64,000 nt of DNA from Acetobacteraceae bacterium (GCA_025354865.1 JANXMB010000143.1:5499-69498); one strand, 5' to 3'. Shown: positions 30,034 through 39,320, counted from the first letter of the stretch. Numbers and translations: made by a program. The notes: a model not told the origin generated them from the letters alone.

Positions 30034-30975
30034 ATGGCAATCGTGTTGCAGGAATCGTTGCGCGGCTTGTTTTACGCGCCATTTTACGCGGCGCTGGCAC
30101 GTGAAGCCTATGCGCAGGAAGGCGTGGACGTCGCGTTCGTGTCGGCCCCCAGGCCGGGCGATGCTGCCACCAATGTCATGGGCGGCGCGGCGGATGTGTG
30201 TTGGGGCGGCCCGATGCGGGTGATGCAGACCTACCATCGCATGCAAGACTGCGACTTGGTCTGCTTTGGGGAGGTCGTGACCCGCGATCCCTTCGTGCTG
30301 GTCGGACGGACGCCTCGGCCCGGGTTCGCGGTGGGCGACCTCCTGGGTTTGCGGGTGGGAACGGTCAGCGAGGTGCCGACCCCCTGGATGTGCCTGCAAC
30401 ACGATCTGCGGCTGGCCGGGGTCGATCCGCAGAGCGTGACGCGGGTTTCCGATCGATCGATGGCGGAGAATTGCGCCGCCCTCGCTGCCGGCACGCTGGA
30501 TGTCGTGCAGGTCTTCGAACCCTTCGTATCGTCGTTGTGCGCGGCGGGCATCGGGCATATCTGGTACGCGGCGGCGGCGCGCGGGCCGACCAGCTACACG
30601 ACGTTTTACGCCCGGCGCGGCGTGCTGACCGAACGACACGACGAACTTCTGCGCATGGTCCGCGCGATCTACCGCACCCAACAATGGGTCGCGGGGGCGG
30701 ACGGGGCCGAGATTGCCGCGACCGTCGCATCGTATTTCCCCGACGTGCCCGGCGAAATCCTGAGCGCGGCCTGCACCCGTTACAAAGCCCTGGAAATCTG
30801 GGGCACGACCCCGCTGCTACCCCGCGCCGGTTACGATCGATTGCGCGACAGTCTGGTGTCCGGCGCCTTCGTCGATCCCGGCACCCCGTTCGAGGTCGCG
30901 GTGGACAACAGCCTTGCCGAACTTGTGCTCCAGACGACCGCACCGACGCCTATCGTTCCGCTAAACCGCCCATAA
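30034..30975 (+). CDS. NMT1/THI5/SsuA-like substrate-binding-fold protein, no signal peptide
   Basis: The ATG at 30034 is 2 nt after the upstream stop. MAIVLQESLRGLFYAPFYAALAREAYAQEGVDVAFV... is the periplasmic-binding-protein type II pattern, but it lacks an N-terminal leader. Confidence 0.65.
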   Translation: MAIVLQESLRGLFYAPFYAALAREAYAQEGVDVAFVSAPRPGDAATNVMGGAADVCWGGPMRVMQTYHRMQDCDLVCFGEVVTRDPFVLVGRTPRPGFAVGDLLGLRVGTVSEVPTPWMCLQHDLRLAGVDPQSVTRVSDRSMAENCAALAAGTLDVVQVFEPFVSSLCAAGIGHIWYAAAARGPTSYTTFYARRGVLTERHDELLRMVRAIYRTQQWVAGADGAEIAATVASYFPDVPGEILSAACTRYKALEIWGTTPLLPRAGYDRLRDSLVSGAFVDPGTPFEVAVDNSLAELVLQTTAPTPIVPLNRP

Positions 30976-31010
30976 CCCCAACAATCGCCAAACGACGAAG
31001 GGATCTTGCA

Positions 31011-31892
31011 ATGCCATATGTCACCGCCGACGACGGGGTGCGGCTCTATTACGAGGAATGCGGCAGCGGCACGCCGATTGTCTTCGTGCATGAATACGCG
31101 GGCGATCATCGCGCCTGGGAAACCCAGATGCGCCATTTCGGCCAGCGTTACCGAGCGATTACGTTTGCCGCGCGCGGCTATCCGCCGTCGGATGTGCCCA
31201 ACGACGTTTCCTTCTACTCCCAGGCGCGGGCTGCCGACGATATTGCGGCGGTGTTGACCGGGATGGGCATTGCCAAGGCGCATGTCGTCGGGCTGTCGAT
31301 GGGCGGGTTCGCGACGCTGCATTTCGGCTTCCGGCATGCGGACAAGGCGCTCTCGTTGGTGGTGGCCGGCTGCGGTTACGGGGCCGAGAAGGGCGCGCAG
31401 GATAAATTCCGCGCCGAAGTCGATGCGGTGGCGGCGTTCATCGATAACGAGGGGATCCGGGTTTTTGCCGAGAAATACGCCTACGGCCCGACCCGCGTGC
31501 AATTCGAAAACAAGGACCCGCGCGGCTTCGCTGAGTTCAAGCAGCAATTGTCGGAACACTCCGCCGTCGGCGCGCGCAACACCCAGTTGGGTGTGCAGAA
31601 GGAGCGGCCGTCGTTGTACGATCTGGTCGATCGGATGAAGACGCTGACCGTGCCGACCCTGATATTGACCGGGGACGAGGATTGGCCCTGCCTGCAACCG
31701 GCGTTGTTGATGAAGCAGACCATTCCGACTGCGGCGCTATCGGTGATGCCCAATTGCGGCCACACGATCAATATCGAGGACCCCGACCAGTTCAACCGCC
31801 TTGTCGGCGATTTCGTTGTCCAGGTGGATTGCGGCCGCTGGCCGGCGCGCGACCCCCGCGCGATGGTGGCATCAATTACCGGGATGAAATAG
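31011..31892 (+). CDS. alpha/beta-fold hydrolase
   Basis: ORF 30198..31892 trimmed to the ATG at 31011 (GAAGGG upstream). Oxyanion-region segment VFVHEYAG, nucleophile elbow GLSMGG, and C-terminal His (NCGHTINIEDP). Confidence 0.85.
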   Translation: MPYVTADDGVRLYYEECGSGTPIVFVHEYAGDHRAWETQMRHFGQRYRAITFAARGYPPSDVPNDVSFYSQARAADDIAAVLTGMGIAKAHVVGLSMGGFATLHFGFRHADKALSLVVAGCGYGAEKGAQDKFRAEVDAVAAFIDNEGIRVFAEKYAYGPTRVQFENKDPRGFAEFKQQLSEHSAVGARNTQLGVQKERPSLYDLVDRMKTLTVPTLILTGDEDWPCLQPALLMKQTIPTAALSVMPNCGHTINIEDPDQFNRLVGDFVVQVDCGRWPARDPRAMVASITGMK

Positions 31893-31947
31893 CCGACACG
31901 AACGTCCTATTACCGGCGCCACCACGGCGTCGGCGGAGGACTGAGCC

Positions 31948-32559
31948 ATGCAAGCGAAAAACCACCGACGCGACATGTGGGCCAAAAGGCTTTTGGCGGG
32001 CGTTGTGCTGGCGGGGCTCGCGGCCGTGCCGACGCTGGCGCAGAGCACCGGCAATTTCAACCTGTTCGGCACGATCGAAAAGGCCGACGCCACCGCCATC
32101 GCGCTCAAGAACGACACCGACGGTGCGGTCGAGACATTCAAGCGCAGCCCCACCCTGCTGACGTTGCGCAACAAGCCGGCGACCCTGGCCGACATCGCGC
32201 CGGGGGATTTCGTCGCCTCGGCGGCTCGGCGCGGCACCGACGGCAAGCTGCACTCGACGGAACTGCGCATCTTCCCGCCGGCCATGCGGGGTGTGGGCGA
32301 GGGCCAGCGGCCGATGAACGATCCGGGGAACCAGACCATGACCAACGCCACGGTGACCGGCGCGGTGGTCGTCGATGGCAGCAACAATCTGAAAGTCCGG
32401 TTCGAGGGCGGCGAGTCCGAACTGATCCTCGATCCCGGGGTGCCGGTCACTCGCATCGATACCGCCGACGCCAGCCTGGTAACGGCCGGCGCGAAAGTGC
32501 GGATGCAGGGCGTGCGCAACGCGGACGGCGCAACGGTCACCCGTATCACGGTGCAATAG
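31948..32559 (+). CDS. exported hypothetical protein (beta-rich)
   Basis: GGAGGA SD. Signal peptide KRLLAGVVLAGLAAVPTLAQS. The mature part is Thr/Gly/Val-rich with no recognised motif. Confidence 0.55.
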   Translation: MQAKNHRRDMWAKRLLAGVVLAGLAAVPTLAQSTGNFNLFGTIEKADATAIALKNDTDGAVETFKRSPTLLTLRNKPATLADIAPGDFVASAARRGTDGKLHSTELRIFPPAMRGVGEGQRPMNDPGNQTMTNATVTGAVVVDGSNNLKVRFEGGESELILDPGVPVTRIDTADASLVTAGAKVRMQGVRNADGATVTRITVQ

Positions 32560-32596
32560 CCCGCACCGCCGCTGCCGGTCGCAGATGCGGTCGCCG

Positions 32597-33766
32597 CTAC
32601 CAGGCGGCGTCCAGCAGCATGCGCACCGTCGCCGGGCCGTCGATCTTGCGCGGATTGGTATGAATCCACCGATCGTGCATCGACCCCACCGCCACCGCAT
32701 CCATCTGCTCGGCTTTCATCCCGACCGCCCGCAAGGTTGCCGGCAGGCCCAGCGACGCGATCAACGCCGCCACGGCATCCCCGGCACCGAGGTCGGGGCG
32801 GCCCAGCGCCTCGCTTACCCAGGTCTGCCGTTCGCCGTTGACCGGCGCGTTGAAGCGCAGGACGTGCGGCAGCATGATGCAGGATGTGTAGCCGTGCGGG
32901 ACATGCGCCGTGCCGCCCAGTACATGGCCGATGCCGTGGCTGGCCCCCTTCGACACCCCGTTCTGCGATCCCATGATCGACATCCACGCGCCCAGTTGGC
33001 AGTCGAGCCGAGCGGCGAGGTCGGATGGGTCTTTTTTGACGGCGGGCAGTCCGCGCGCGAGCAGCCGCAGGGCCTGCATCGACATGCCGTCGGAGAACGG
33101 CGTCGGATTGACCGAGCAGATGTCCTCGACCGCATGATCGACGGCGCGGATGCCGGTGGACAGGAACAGCCATTCGGGCGTGTGAACGGTGACGGCGGGA
33201 TCCAGAATGACGGTGCGCGGCATCATGAGCGCGTGGCCGTAGCTCTGTTTCCGATGCCGCTCGGTGTCGGTGCAACCGGCAAACGCCGTGAACTCCCCGG
33301 CGGACAGCGTGGTTGGCACCGCAATGGATCGCACGCCCGGCGGTTTGGTCGGCGGGCGCAGCGTGCGCCCATCCGGCGCGATCGTCGCGGCGAAGGCTTC
33401 CAGCGCATCCGGGTCGGAAATATCGTTGCCCAGGCACAGACCCACCATCTTCGCCGCGTCGGTCACCGAACCGCCGCCGACGGTGACGATCGTATCGGCC
33501 TTGGCGGCGCGGGCTTCGTTCGCTGCCGCCACCACGTCGATGCGCGGGGTATGCGCGCCGATGCGGGTGCAGACCCCGGCCAGACGATTGCCCAGGACCG
33601 CCCGCACCTCGTCCACGACGCCGGTTTCCCGGCTGAGCGTACCGCTCGCCATGACGTAGACCGCCCCGGCGTCCAGGCGCGCGACCTCGTTTGCCAGCGC
33701 CTCGGCCAGGGGGATGCCGTAGACGACGCCGTCGACGGGGGGATAGCGATGGATACCGCGCATCAT
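32597..33766 (-). CDS. iron-containing alcohol dehydrogenase family (maleylacetate reductase-like)
   Basis: VGGGSVTDAAKMV nucleotide-binding motif and His-rich metal site (HGIGHVLGG, HG). 389 aa. Confidence 0.85.
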   Translation of the reverse strand: MMRGIHRYPPVDGVVYGIPLAEALANEVARLDAGAVYVMASGTLSRETGVVDEVRAVLGNRLAGVCTRIGAHTPRIDVVAAANEARAAKADTIVTVGGGSVTDAAKMVGLCLGNDISDPDALEAFAATIAPDGRTLRPPTKPPGVRSIAVPTTLSAGEFTAFAGCTDTERHRKQSYGHALMMPRTVILDPAVTVHTPEWLFLSTGIRAVDHAVEDICSVNPTPFSDGMSMQALRLLARGLPAVKKDPSDLAARLDCQLGAWMSIMGSQNGVSKGASHGIGHVLGGTAHVPHGYTSCIMLPHVLRFNAPVNGERQTWVSEALGRPDLGAGDAVAALIASLGLPATLRAVGMKAEQMDAVAVGSMHDRWIHTNPRKIDGPATVRMLLDAAW

Positions 33767-33770
33767 GTTC

Positions 33771-34616
33771 TCAACCCTTCTTGGCGCAGAATGCGTTGAG
33801 CGCGTCGGTTTCCGTCTGCGCCCCTTCCAGATCCGCCGCGATTCGCGCGTAGAACCGCGCGGCTGCCTGGAAGAACTGCTGGGCTTCCGGGTCTTCGCCG
33901 ACGAAGGTGGCGATTTCGTCCATTTCGGCGACCCAGCGATAGGCCTTGTCCGGCATTTTCGGCATTTGCCTTGTGAGCCAACCGAGCAAAGCGGGTTGGC
34001 TGAGGGTCATTTCGGCAACGAGGGCGTCGGCGGTGCCGGCGCGGGTGGCGGCCAGCATCATGCCGGCGCCGAGGGCGGTGAAACCCTTGGTAAACCCGGC
34101 GTAGGACAGTTTCATCGCCGAGGCCGCCCCGATCGGCCCGGGTTGCACCGGCACATTCAAACCGAGGTCGCGCAGGACCGTCACCCGAACCGCCGCCTCG
34201 CCGGAGACGTAGATTTTGGTGTTTTTGGAATCCGGGATCGGCGGCGGCCCGACGATCCCGCCATCGACGAAGGTCGCCCCAGTTTCGCCCACAATCCCGG
34301 CGATGCGCAGCACGGTGGACGGCGCGATGGCGTTGCAATCCACGTAAACCGGCTTTGTGACGGACGCGCGCAAGGCCGGTGCCAAGCGTTCCGCGAGGCC
34401 CACAGCCTCCCCCGGTGGGACGATGGAGAGGATGAAATCGCAGGCAGCGATTCCGGCCTCGTTGGCGTCGATCATGCCGGCGGCTTTTGCTCTGGCCTGG
34501 GTGGCGGCGCTGCGGCCGGTGAGCAGGCTGCGGACTTCCACCCCGTTATCGGTCAGGCGGTTGGCGACGGCGCTGCCCATTGCACCGGGCGCGATCACGG
34601 CGACGATCAGTTTCAT
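33771..34616 (-). CDS. NAD(P)-binding 6-phosphogluconate/beta-hydroxyacid dehydrogenase-like oxidoreductase
   Basis: ORF 33771..34694(-) trimmed to the ATG at 34614-34616. MKLIVAVIAPGAMGSAVANRL Rossmann N-terminus. 4-nt gap to the downstream Fe-ADH gene. Confidence 0.7.
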   Translation of the reverse strand: MKLIVAVIAPGAMGSAVANRLTDNGVEVRSLLTGRSAATQARAKAAGMIDANEAGIAACDFILSIVPPGEAVGLAERLAPALRASVTKPVYVDCNAIAPSTVLRIAGIVGETGATFVDGGIVGPPPIPDSKNTKIYVSGEAAVRVTVLRDLGLNVPVQPGPIGAASAMKLSYAGFTKGFTALGAGMMLAATRAGTADALVAEMTLSQPALLGWLTRQMPKMPDKAYRWVAEMDEIATFVGEDPEAQQFFQAAARFYARIAADLEGAQTETDALNAFCAKKG

Positions 34617-34685
34617 GGTCTTTTTTCCCCTGGGGTGAATGGGCGGCAGTTTGCCACCTTCGGGTGCGGGGTTCCAGCGGCGGAG

Positions 34686-34699
34686 TTGATCCATGTCAA
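34686..34699 (+). promoter_or_regulatory. FNR/CRP-family (NnrR/Dnr-type) binding box TTGATCCATGTCAA upstream of nirK
   Basis: Matches TTGAT-N4-ATCAA at 9 of 10 positions. It is centred 64 nt upstream of the nirK ATG. AT-rich -10-like hexamers (TATATT at 34714-19, TATTCT at 34721-26) lie at class II spacing. Confidence 0.5.
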
Positions 34700-34756
34700 A
34701 GGATTATTTTGAATATATTTTATTCTGCCGGTCGAACCAACACGGAAGGGACGACC

Positions 34757-36214
34757 ATGATTTCGACCTCGACACGGGCGATGCTGCTGGCCTCGGCGCT
34801 GTCCATCGTATCGGCGGGCAGTTACGCGGCCGGTCCGACTGCGGCCCCCTCAGCACCGGCGCCTGTAGCTAAAGCCCCTACGGCTGCGACGATGGCGGCG
34901 AATTCGGCCATGTCGCATGCGATGCCGAATGCGATGTTCACCCTCCGCACCGGGATTGCCCAGGGCAAAATGGTCTACATCGGCAAGGGCGGCAGCATCG
35001 ACGGTCAGGTCAACCCAACGCTGACGGTGCACGAAGGCGATATCGTGCAGATCACGCTGATCAATGGCGAGGGCGCCGAGCACGATATTGCGCTGCCGGA
35101 ATTGCGGGCGAGTTCGCAGCGAGTGATCGGTCCGGGCGCCAGCAGCACGCTGGTGTTCCATGCCAACGACATCGGCACCTTCGCGTATTTCTGCACCATC
35201 GGCGGGCACCGCGAGGCGGGGATGTACGGCACAATCAAGGTCGAAGCCGCCGTGGCCAGGGAACCCGACAAGGGCGTCAGCATTTCCCGCGATCCCGCCG
35301 ATCTGCCGCCGCCGGTCGGGGAGCGTGGGCCGACCACCGTTCGCTACGCGCTGGAAGCGATCGAGCGGGTGGGCCGGTTGGACGACAACACGACCTACGA
35401 TTTCTGGACATTCAACGGCAAAGTGCCCGGCCCGATGATGCGGGTGCGGGTCGGCGATACCGTCGTCCTCAGTCTGAAGAACGCGCCGGACAGTGTGATG
35501 CTGCACAATATCGACCTGCACGCCGTGGCCGGGCCGGGCGGTGGGGCGGTGCTGACCGAGGTCGGACCAGGTGAAACCAAATCCTTCACCTTCAAGGCCA
35601 CGCAAGCCGGCTTGTATGTCTATCATTGCGCCACGCCGATGGTGTCGAACCATATCTCCAACGGCATGTACGGCATGATATTGGTCGAACCGGTGTCCGG
35701 CCTGCCGAAGGTCGATCGCGAGTTTTATGTCATGCAGGGGGAGATTTACACGGCGGAGGCATTCGGCCGGACCGGGTTGCAGGAATTCTCGGTCGAGAAA
35801 CTATTGAACGAGCGTCCGGAATATTTCGTTTTCAACGGCGCAGTTGGTGCGCTGACGAAGGAACATCCGCTGCACGCGAAAACCGGCGAAACCGTGCGCA
35901 TTTATTTCGGCGTCGGCGGGCCGAATTTCACATCGTCCTTCCATGCGATCGGGACGATCTTCGACCGCGTCTACACCGCCGGCAGCCTGACCAGCCCGCC
36001 GGCAACCAGCGTGCAGACCACCACGGTCGCACCCGGCGGCGCCACGGTTGTCGATATCAGCCTGCCGGTGCCCGGCCGCTTCGTGCTGGTGGATCACGCC
36101 TTGTCGCGGATGGAGCGCGGCCTGGTCGGCGCCCTGATTGTCGAGGGCCCGCCCAATCCGGAGATTTTCCGCGACGGCGACGGCACTGCGCCAGCCGCGC
36201 CGATGAAGCACTGA
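34757..36214 (+). CDS. nirK: copper-containing nitrite reductase with extra N-terminal cupredoxin domain
   Basis: ORF 34580..36214 trimmed to the ATG at 34757 (GGAAGGG upstream). Signal peptide. The N-terminal domain has type-1 Cu ligands (EHD..., FCTIGGHREAGM). The NirK core has HNIDLHA, YVYHCATPMVSNHISNGMYG and VDHAL Cu-ligand motifs. Confidence 0.9.
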   Translation: MISTSTRAMLLASALSIVSAGSYAAGPTAAPSAPAPVAKAPTAATMAANSAMSHAMPNAMFTLRTGIAQGKMVYIGKGGSIDGQVNPTLTVHEGDIVQITLINGEGAEHDIALPELRASSQRVIGPGASSTLVFHANDIGTFAYFCTIGGHREAGMYGTIKVEAAVAREPDKGVSISRDPADLPPPVGERGPTTVRYALEAIERVGRLDDNTTYDFWTFNGKVPGPMMRVRVGDTVVLSLKNAPDSVMLHNIDLHAVAGPGGGAVLTEVGPGETKSFTFKATQAGLYVYHCATPMVSNHISNGMYGMILVEPVSGLPKVDREFYVMQGEIYTAEAFGRTGLQEFSVEKLLNERPEYFVFNGAVGALTKEHPLHAKTGETVRIYFGVGGPNFTSSFHAIGTIFDRVYTAGSLTSPPATSVQTTTVAPGGATVVDISLPVPGRFVLVDHALSRMERGLVGALIVEGPPNPEIFRDGDGTAPAAPMKH

Positions 36215-36216
36215 CC

Positions 36217-37098
36217 TCAACCCCGACCGGCTTGGGTCCTGCGTTCTGCAATTGCCAGCAGGATCCCCGCCGCCGCGATCGCACCGGCCCCGACCAATAC
36301 CGTCGGGGTCGGCACGTCGCCCCAGATCGCGAAACCGGCCAGAAACGCCCAGAGCAACCCGGAATATTCCACCGTCGCCAGCACCGAGGCCGGCACCCGG
36401 CGCGCGGCCTCGAACACAGAATACTGCGCCAGACCGCCGAACACGCCGACTGTCAGCAGCAAAGGCCACTCCCCCGCTGTCGGCACATGCCAAGTGGCGA
36501 TCGACGCCGCGCCAGAAACGACCAGGAAAATCGCGTTGCCAAACAGCATTTGCAGCAACGACGTTTCCTGCCGGGCGATCCGGCGCATCAGGATAATGCC
36601 GTAAGCCCACATCGTCGCGGCGGCCAACACCAACGCCGTCGGCCAGGAGAGGGTGACCCCGAACGGATCGGACGCCAGCATGGTCCCGACGAACCCGATA
36701 CTCACGCCAGCCCAACGCGCTCGGGTGACCTGTTCCCCCAAAAGCCGAGCGGCCAGCAGCACGACAACCACCGGCGCGACGAAATACAGCGTTGTGAGCT
36801 GCCCGAGCGGCAGACTGCGGGAGGCGGTGTAGTAGCACAGCCACGCGGTCATCATCAGCAGCGCACGCGCCGCCAAAGGGCGCTTCAGCGGCGTCGTCAG
36901 CACTCGGCGCAGCACCGGCCGCCCGCCGATCACCAGCGTGCCGACAAAAACTGTCAGGCTGCGGAAGAACATGATCTGCCAGACAGGCGTATCGACCGTC
37001 AGCCATTTCACCGCCGCGTCGTGGACGGTGAACAGCCCATATGCCAACAGGCCAAGCACGATGCCGAGTGTGGATGTCCGCCCCATGCGCGGGGGCAT
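36217..37098 (-). CDS. DMT-superfamily (EamA-like) membrane transporter
   Basis: ORF 36217..37230(-) trimmed to the ATG at 37096-37098 (MPPRMGRTSTLGIVLGLLAYGLF...). About 10 TM segments. Its stop is 2 nt from the nirK stop (convergent). Confidence 0.75.
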   Translation of the reverse strand: MPPRMGRTSTLGIVLGLLAYGLFTVHDAAVKWLTVDTPVWQIMFFRSLTVFVGTLVIGGRPVLRRVLTTPLKRPLAARALLMMTAWLCYYTASRSLPLGQLTTLYFVAPVVVVLLAARLLGEQVTRARWAGVSIGFVGTMLASDPFGVTLSWPTALVLAAATMWAYGIILMRRIARQETSLLQMLFGNAIFLVVSGAASIATWHVPTAGEWPLLLTVGVFGGLAQYSVFEAARRVPASVLATVEYSGLLWAFLAGFAIWGDVPTPTVLVGAGAIAAAGILLAIAERRTQAGRG

Positions 37099-37193
37099 AG
37101 CACATCCCGGTTCGGACCGCCGGAACGCGCCGACGCCTCCCGCGATCGCGCGACACACTCGGTCGGGCGATTCACGCCTCCGGCGATCGCGCT

Positions 37194-39170
37194 CTATGCC
37201 GCCCCTCGCCGCGCCTCCCCCTCCCGGCATTCCGCCAGTCGATCGAACCGGCAGCGATACGTGCCCAAGCCCTGCGTCAGGGAACGCAACTCCACAATCA
37301 GATCGTGCATCTCAGCCTCCGGCAGCAGGGCTTCGACATCGTCCCAGCCCGGCCAATCCGTCCGCTCCGCATACCCCAAAATCTGACCTCGCCTGCCCGT
37401 CAACAACCGTTGCGCTCGGGCCGTAAACGCATTCGGCACACTGACGGTGACCCGATCGATCGGCTCCAACAGGATCGGATCGGCCTTCGCCAGCGCCTCC
37501 TTCATCGCCTGATGGGTCGCGGTTTTGAACGCCATGTCGGAGCTATCGACGGCGTGAAACCCGCCATCCATCAACGTCACCGCGATATCCACGACCGGGT
37601 AGCCGAACGGACCCTTCCGGGTTGCCTCCGCCGCAGCCTCCCCCACCGCAGGAATGAAACTGCGCGGCACCGCGCCGCCGACCACTTTGTCGACGAATTC
37701 GAACCCCGCCCCGCGCGGACGCGGCGCAACCCCGATCTTCACATCGGCGAACTGGCCATGCCCGCCGGTCTGACGCTTCAGCCTGCCATGTTCGAGCACC
37801 GCCGTGCGGATCGTTTCTTTATACGCGATTTTCGGCGTGTCGGTGCGCAGCTTCAGGCCGAAATTCTTCGCCATGCGCGCAACCGTGGTCAGCAGATGGA
37901 TCTCGCCCTGCCCGCACAACACCGTCTCCCCGGTATCGGCGTCGTGTTGCACGGTCAGGGTGGCATCTTCCTCGGTCGATTTCTGCAGCGCACCGAACAG
38001 CTTCACGTCGTCGCCGCGATCCGTCGTGTGCACCGCCATCGCGTAGACCGGGGGCGGGGGCGGCGGGAACGCCAGCGCCGCCGGCACACCGCCCGTCGAA
38101 ATCGCCGCGCCGGTCGCAACCCCATCCAGCCGCCCGAGCGCCACGACATCGCCCGCGACGGCTTGCGGCATTTTGGTCAAGTCGGCGCCGTTGCCCATGC
38201 GATAAATGCCGCCGAGGCGGGTTCCGTTCAGCATCGCGCCGTCCTCGATCCCGCCGCGCCAGATGCGGGCGTAGGACAGCTTGCCGGTGTGGCCGGCGTA
38301 AACCGTCTTGAACACCTGCGCCAATGGCGGCCCTGCGGGATCGATGCCCTTGCGCGCCGCCGTCTCCACCGCCCCCGGCGTGTCGTGCCGCAACGCCTTC
38401 CACAGCCGCTGCACGCCATTGAGGTTTTCCGCCGAACCGATCAGAACCTCGATGGCATTGCCGGCGAGGAGGTCTTTGCGCATGTCGCGATAGAGTTCCT
38501 CCGGTGTCGGCTTCATATCCTCCAGCACTTTTTCCAGCAGCGCATCGTCGTGGTCCGCCAGCGTTTCGACCAGTTTGCCGAGCGCGGCTTGTTCCTCCTC
38601 CAGCATCGCGGCGGGGATTTGCATGAGTTCGGATGGCTGGCCTTTGCGATAGCGGTAGGCCCGCTCGCTCATGAGATCGACGTAGCCGCCGACCCGATTG
38701 TTCTCGACGATCGGCACCTGTCGCAGCACCAGCGGCGATTTCGCATGGGCTTGCAGCGCGGCGATCGTATCGGCGACGCTGCCTTCCAGCGTGTCGATCT
38801 TGTTGACGAACACCATGTGCGGCACGCCGGCATCGGCCAGCTTCTTCAGCAGCGGGGCGACGGTCAGCGCCTTGCCGGGCACGGGTTCGCAGACCACGAC
38901 CGCCAGATCGACCATGGCCAACGCGGCATCGGTTTCGTGCGCGAACTCGATGGACCCCGGGCAATCCAAAATCGACCACGCATCGCCCAGAAAACTGCAA
39001 TGCCCCAGACGGATTTCGGCGGTTGCCGGTCGGTTGCGCGGATCGGCCGGGCGCTTCGGGGGCGATCCCGCCGCGTCCATCAAAGCGTCGAACAAGGTCG
39101 ATTTGCCGCTGCTATAAGGTCCGACAAGAGCCACCGAGCGGGGAGTTCTGCCGTTTGGATTTCCTGACAT
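37194..39170 (-). CDS. elongation factor G-like GTPase (EF-G paralog)
   Basis: ORF 37194..39203(-) trimmed to the ATG at 39168-39170 (GAAGGAGG upstream). G1 GPYSSGKS, G3 DCPG, G4 NKID. EF-G domain IV/V motifs (GGHGQFADV, HAVDSSDMAFK). The switch-I ERGITI motif is absent. Confidence 0.85.
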   Translation of the reverse strand: MSGNPNGRTPRSVALVGPYSSGKSTLFDALMDAAGSPPKRPADPRNRPATAEIRLGHCSFLGDAWSILDCPGSIEFAHETDAALAMVDLAVVVCEPVPGKALTVAPLLKKLADAGVPHMVFVNKIDTLEGSVADTIAALQAHAKSPLVLRQVPIVENNRVGGYVDLMSERAYRYRKGQPSELMQIPAAMLEEEQAALGKLVETLADHDDALLEKVLEDMKPTPEELYRDMRKDLLAGNAIEVLIGSAENLNGVQRLWKALRHDTPGAVETAARKGIDPAGPPLAQVFKTVYAGHTGKLSYARIWRGGIEDGAMLNGTRLGGIYRMGNGADLTKMPQAVAGDVVALGRLDGVATGAAISTGGVPAALAFPPPPPPVYAMAVHTTDRGDDVKLFGALQKSTEEDATLTVQHDADTGETVLCGQGEIHLLTTVARMAKNFGLKLRTDTPKIAYKETIRTAVLEHGRLKRQTGGHGQFADVKIGVAPRPRGAGFEFVDKVVGGAVPRSFIPAVGEAAAEATRKGPFGYPVVDIAVTLMDGGFHAVDSSDMAFKTATHQAMKEALAKADPILLEPIDRVTVSVPNAFTARAQRLLTGRRGQILGYAERTDWPGWDDVEALLPEAEMHDLIVELRSLTQGLGTYRCRFDRLAECREGEARRGAA

Positions 39171-39320
39171 GGCCGCGCCTCCTTCGTTGTTCCGAAGGCG
39201 CATAACCGGGCACGGACCCAGCGTTGGGGCGCCCGGTGCGCCCTCTGGATTTGGATTTTACGCGGGTTCGCAGGACAAGCGAGTCCTGAATCAACCCCAG
39301 CAGTCGGAATCGTCGCACGC

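Noticed and set aside
30198-31010. 271-codon N-terminal extension of the alpha/beta hydrolase ORF (track ORF 30198..31892)
   Set aside because: The extension overlaps the NMT1-like gene in another frame and is Arg/Gly-rich. The hydrolase homology begins at ATG 31011, which has its own SD.
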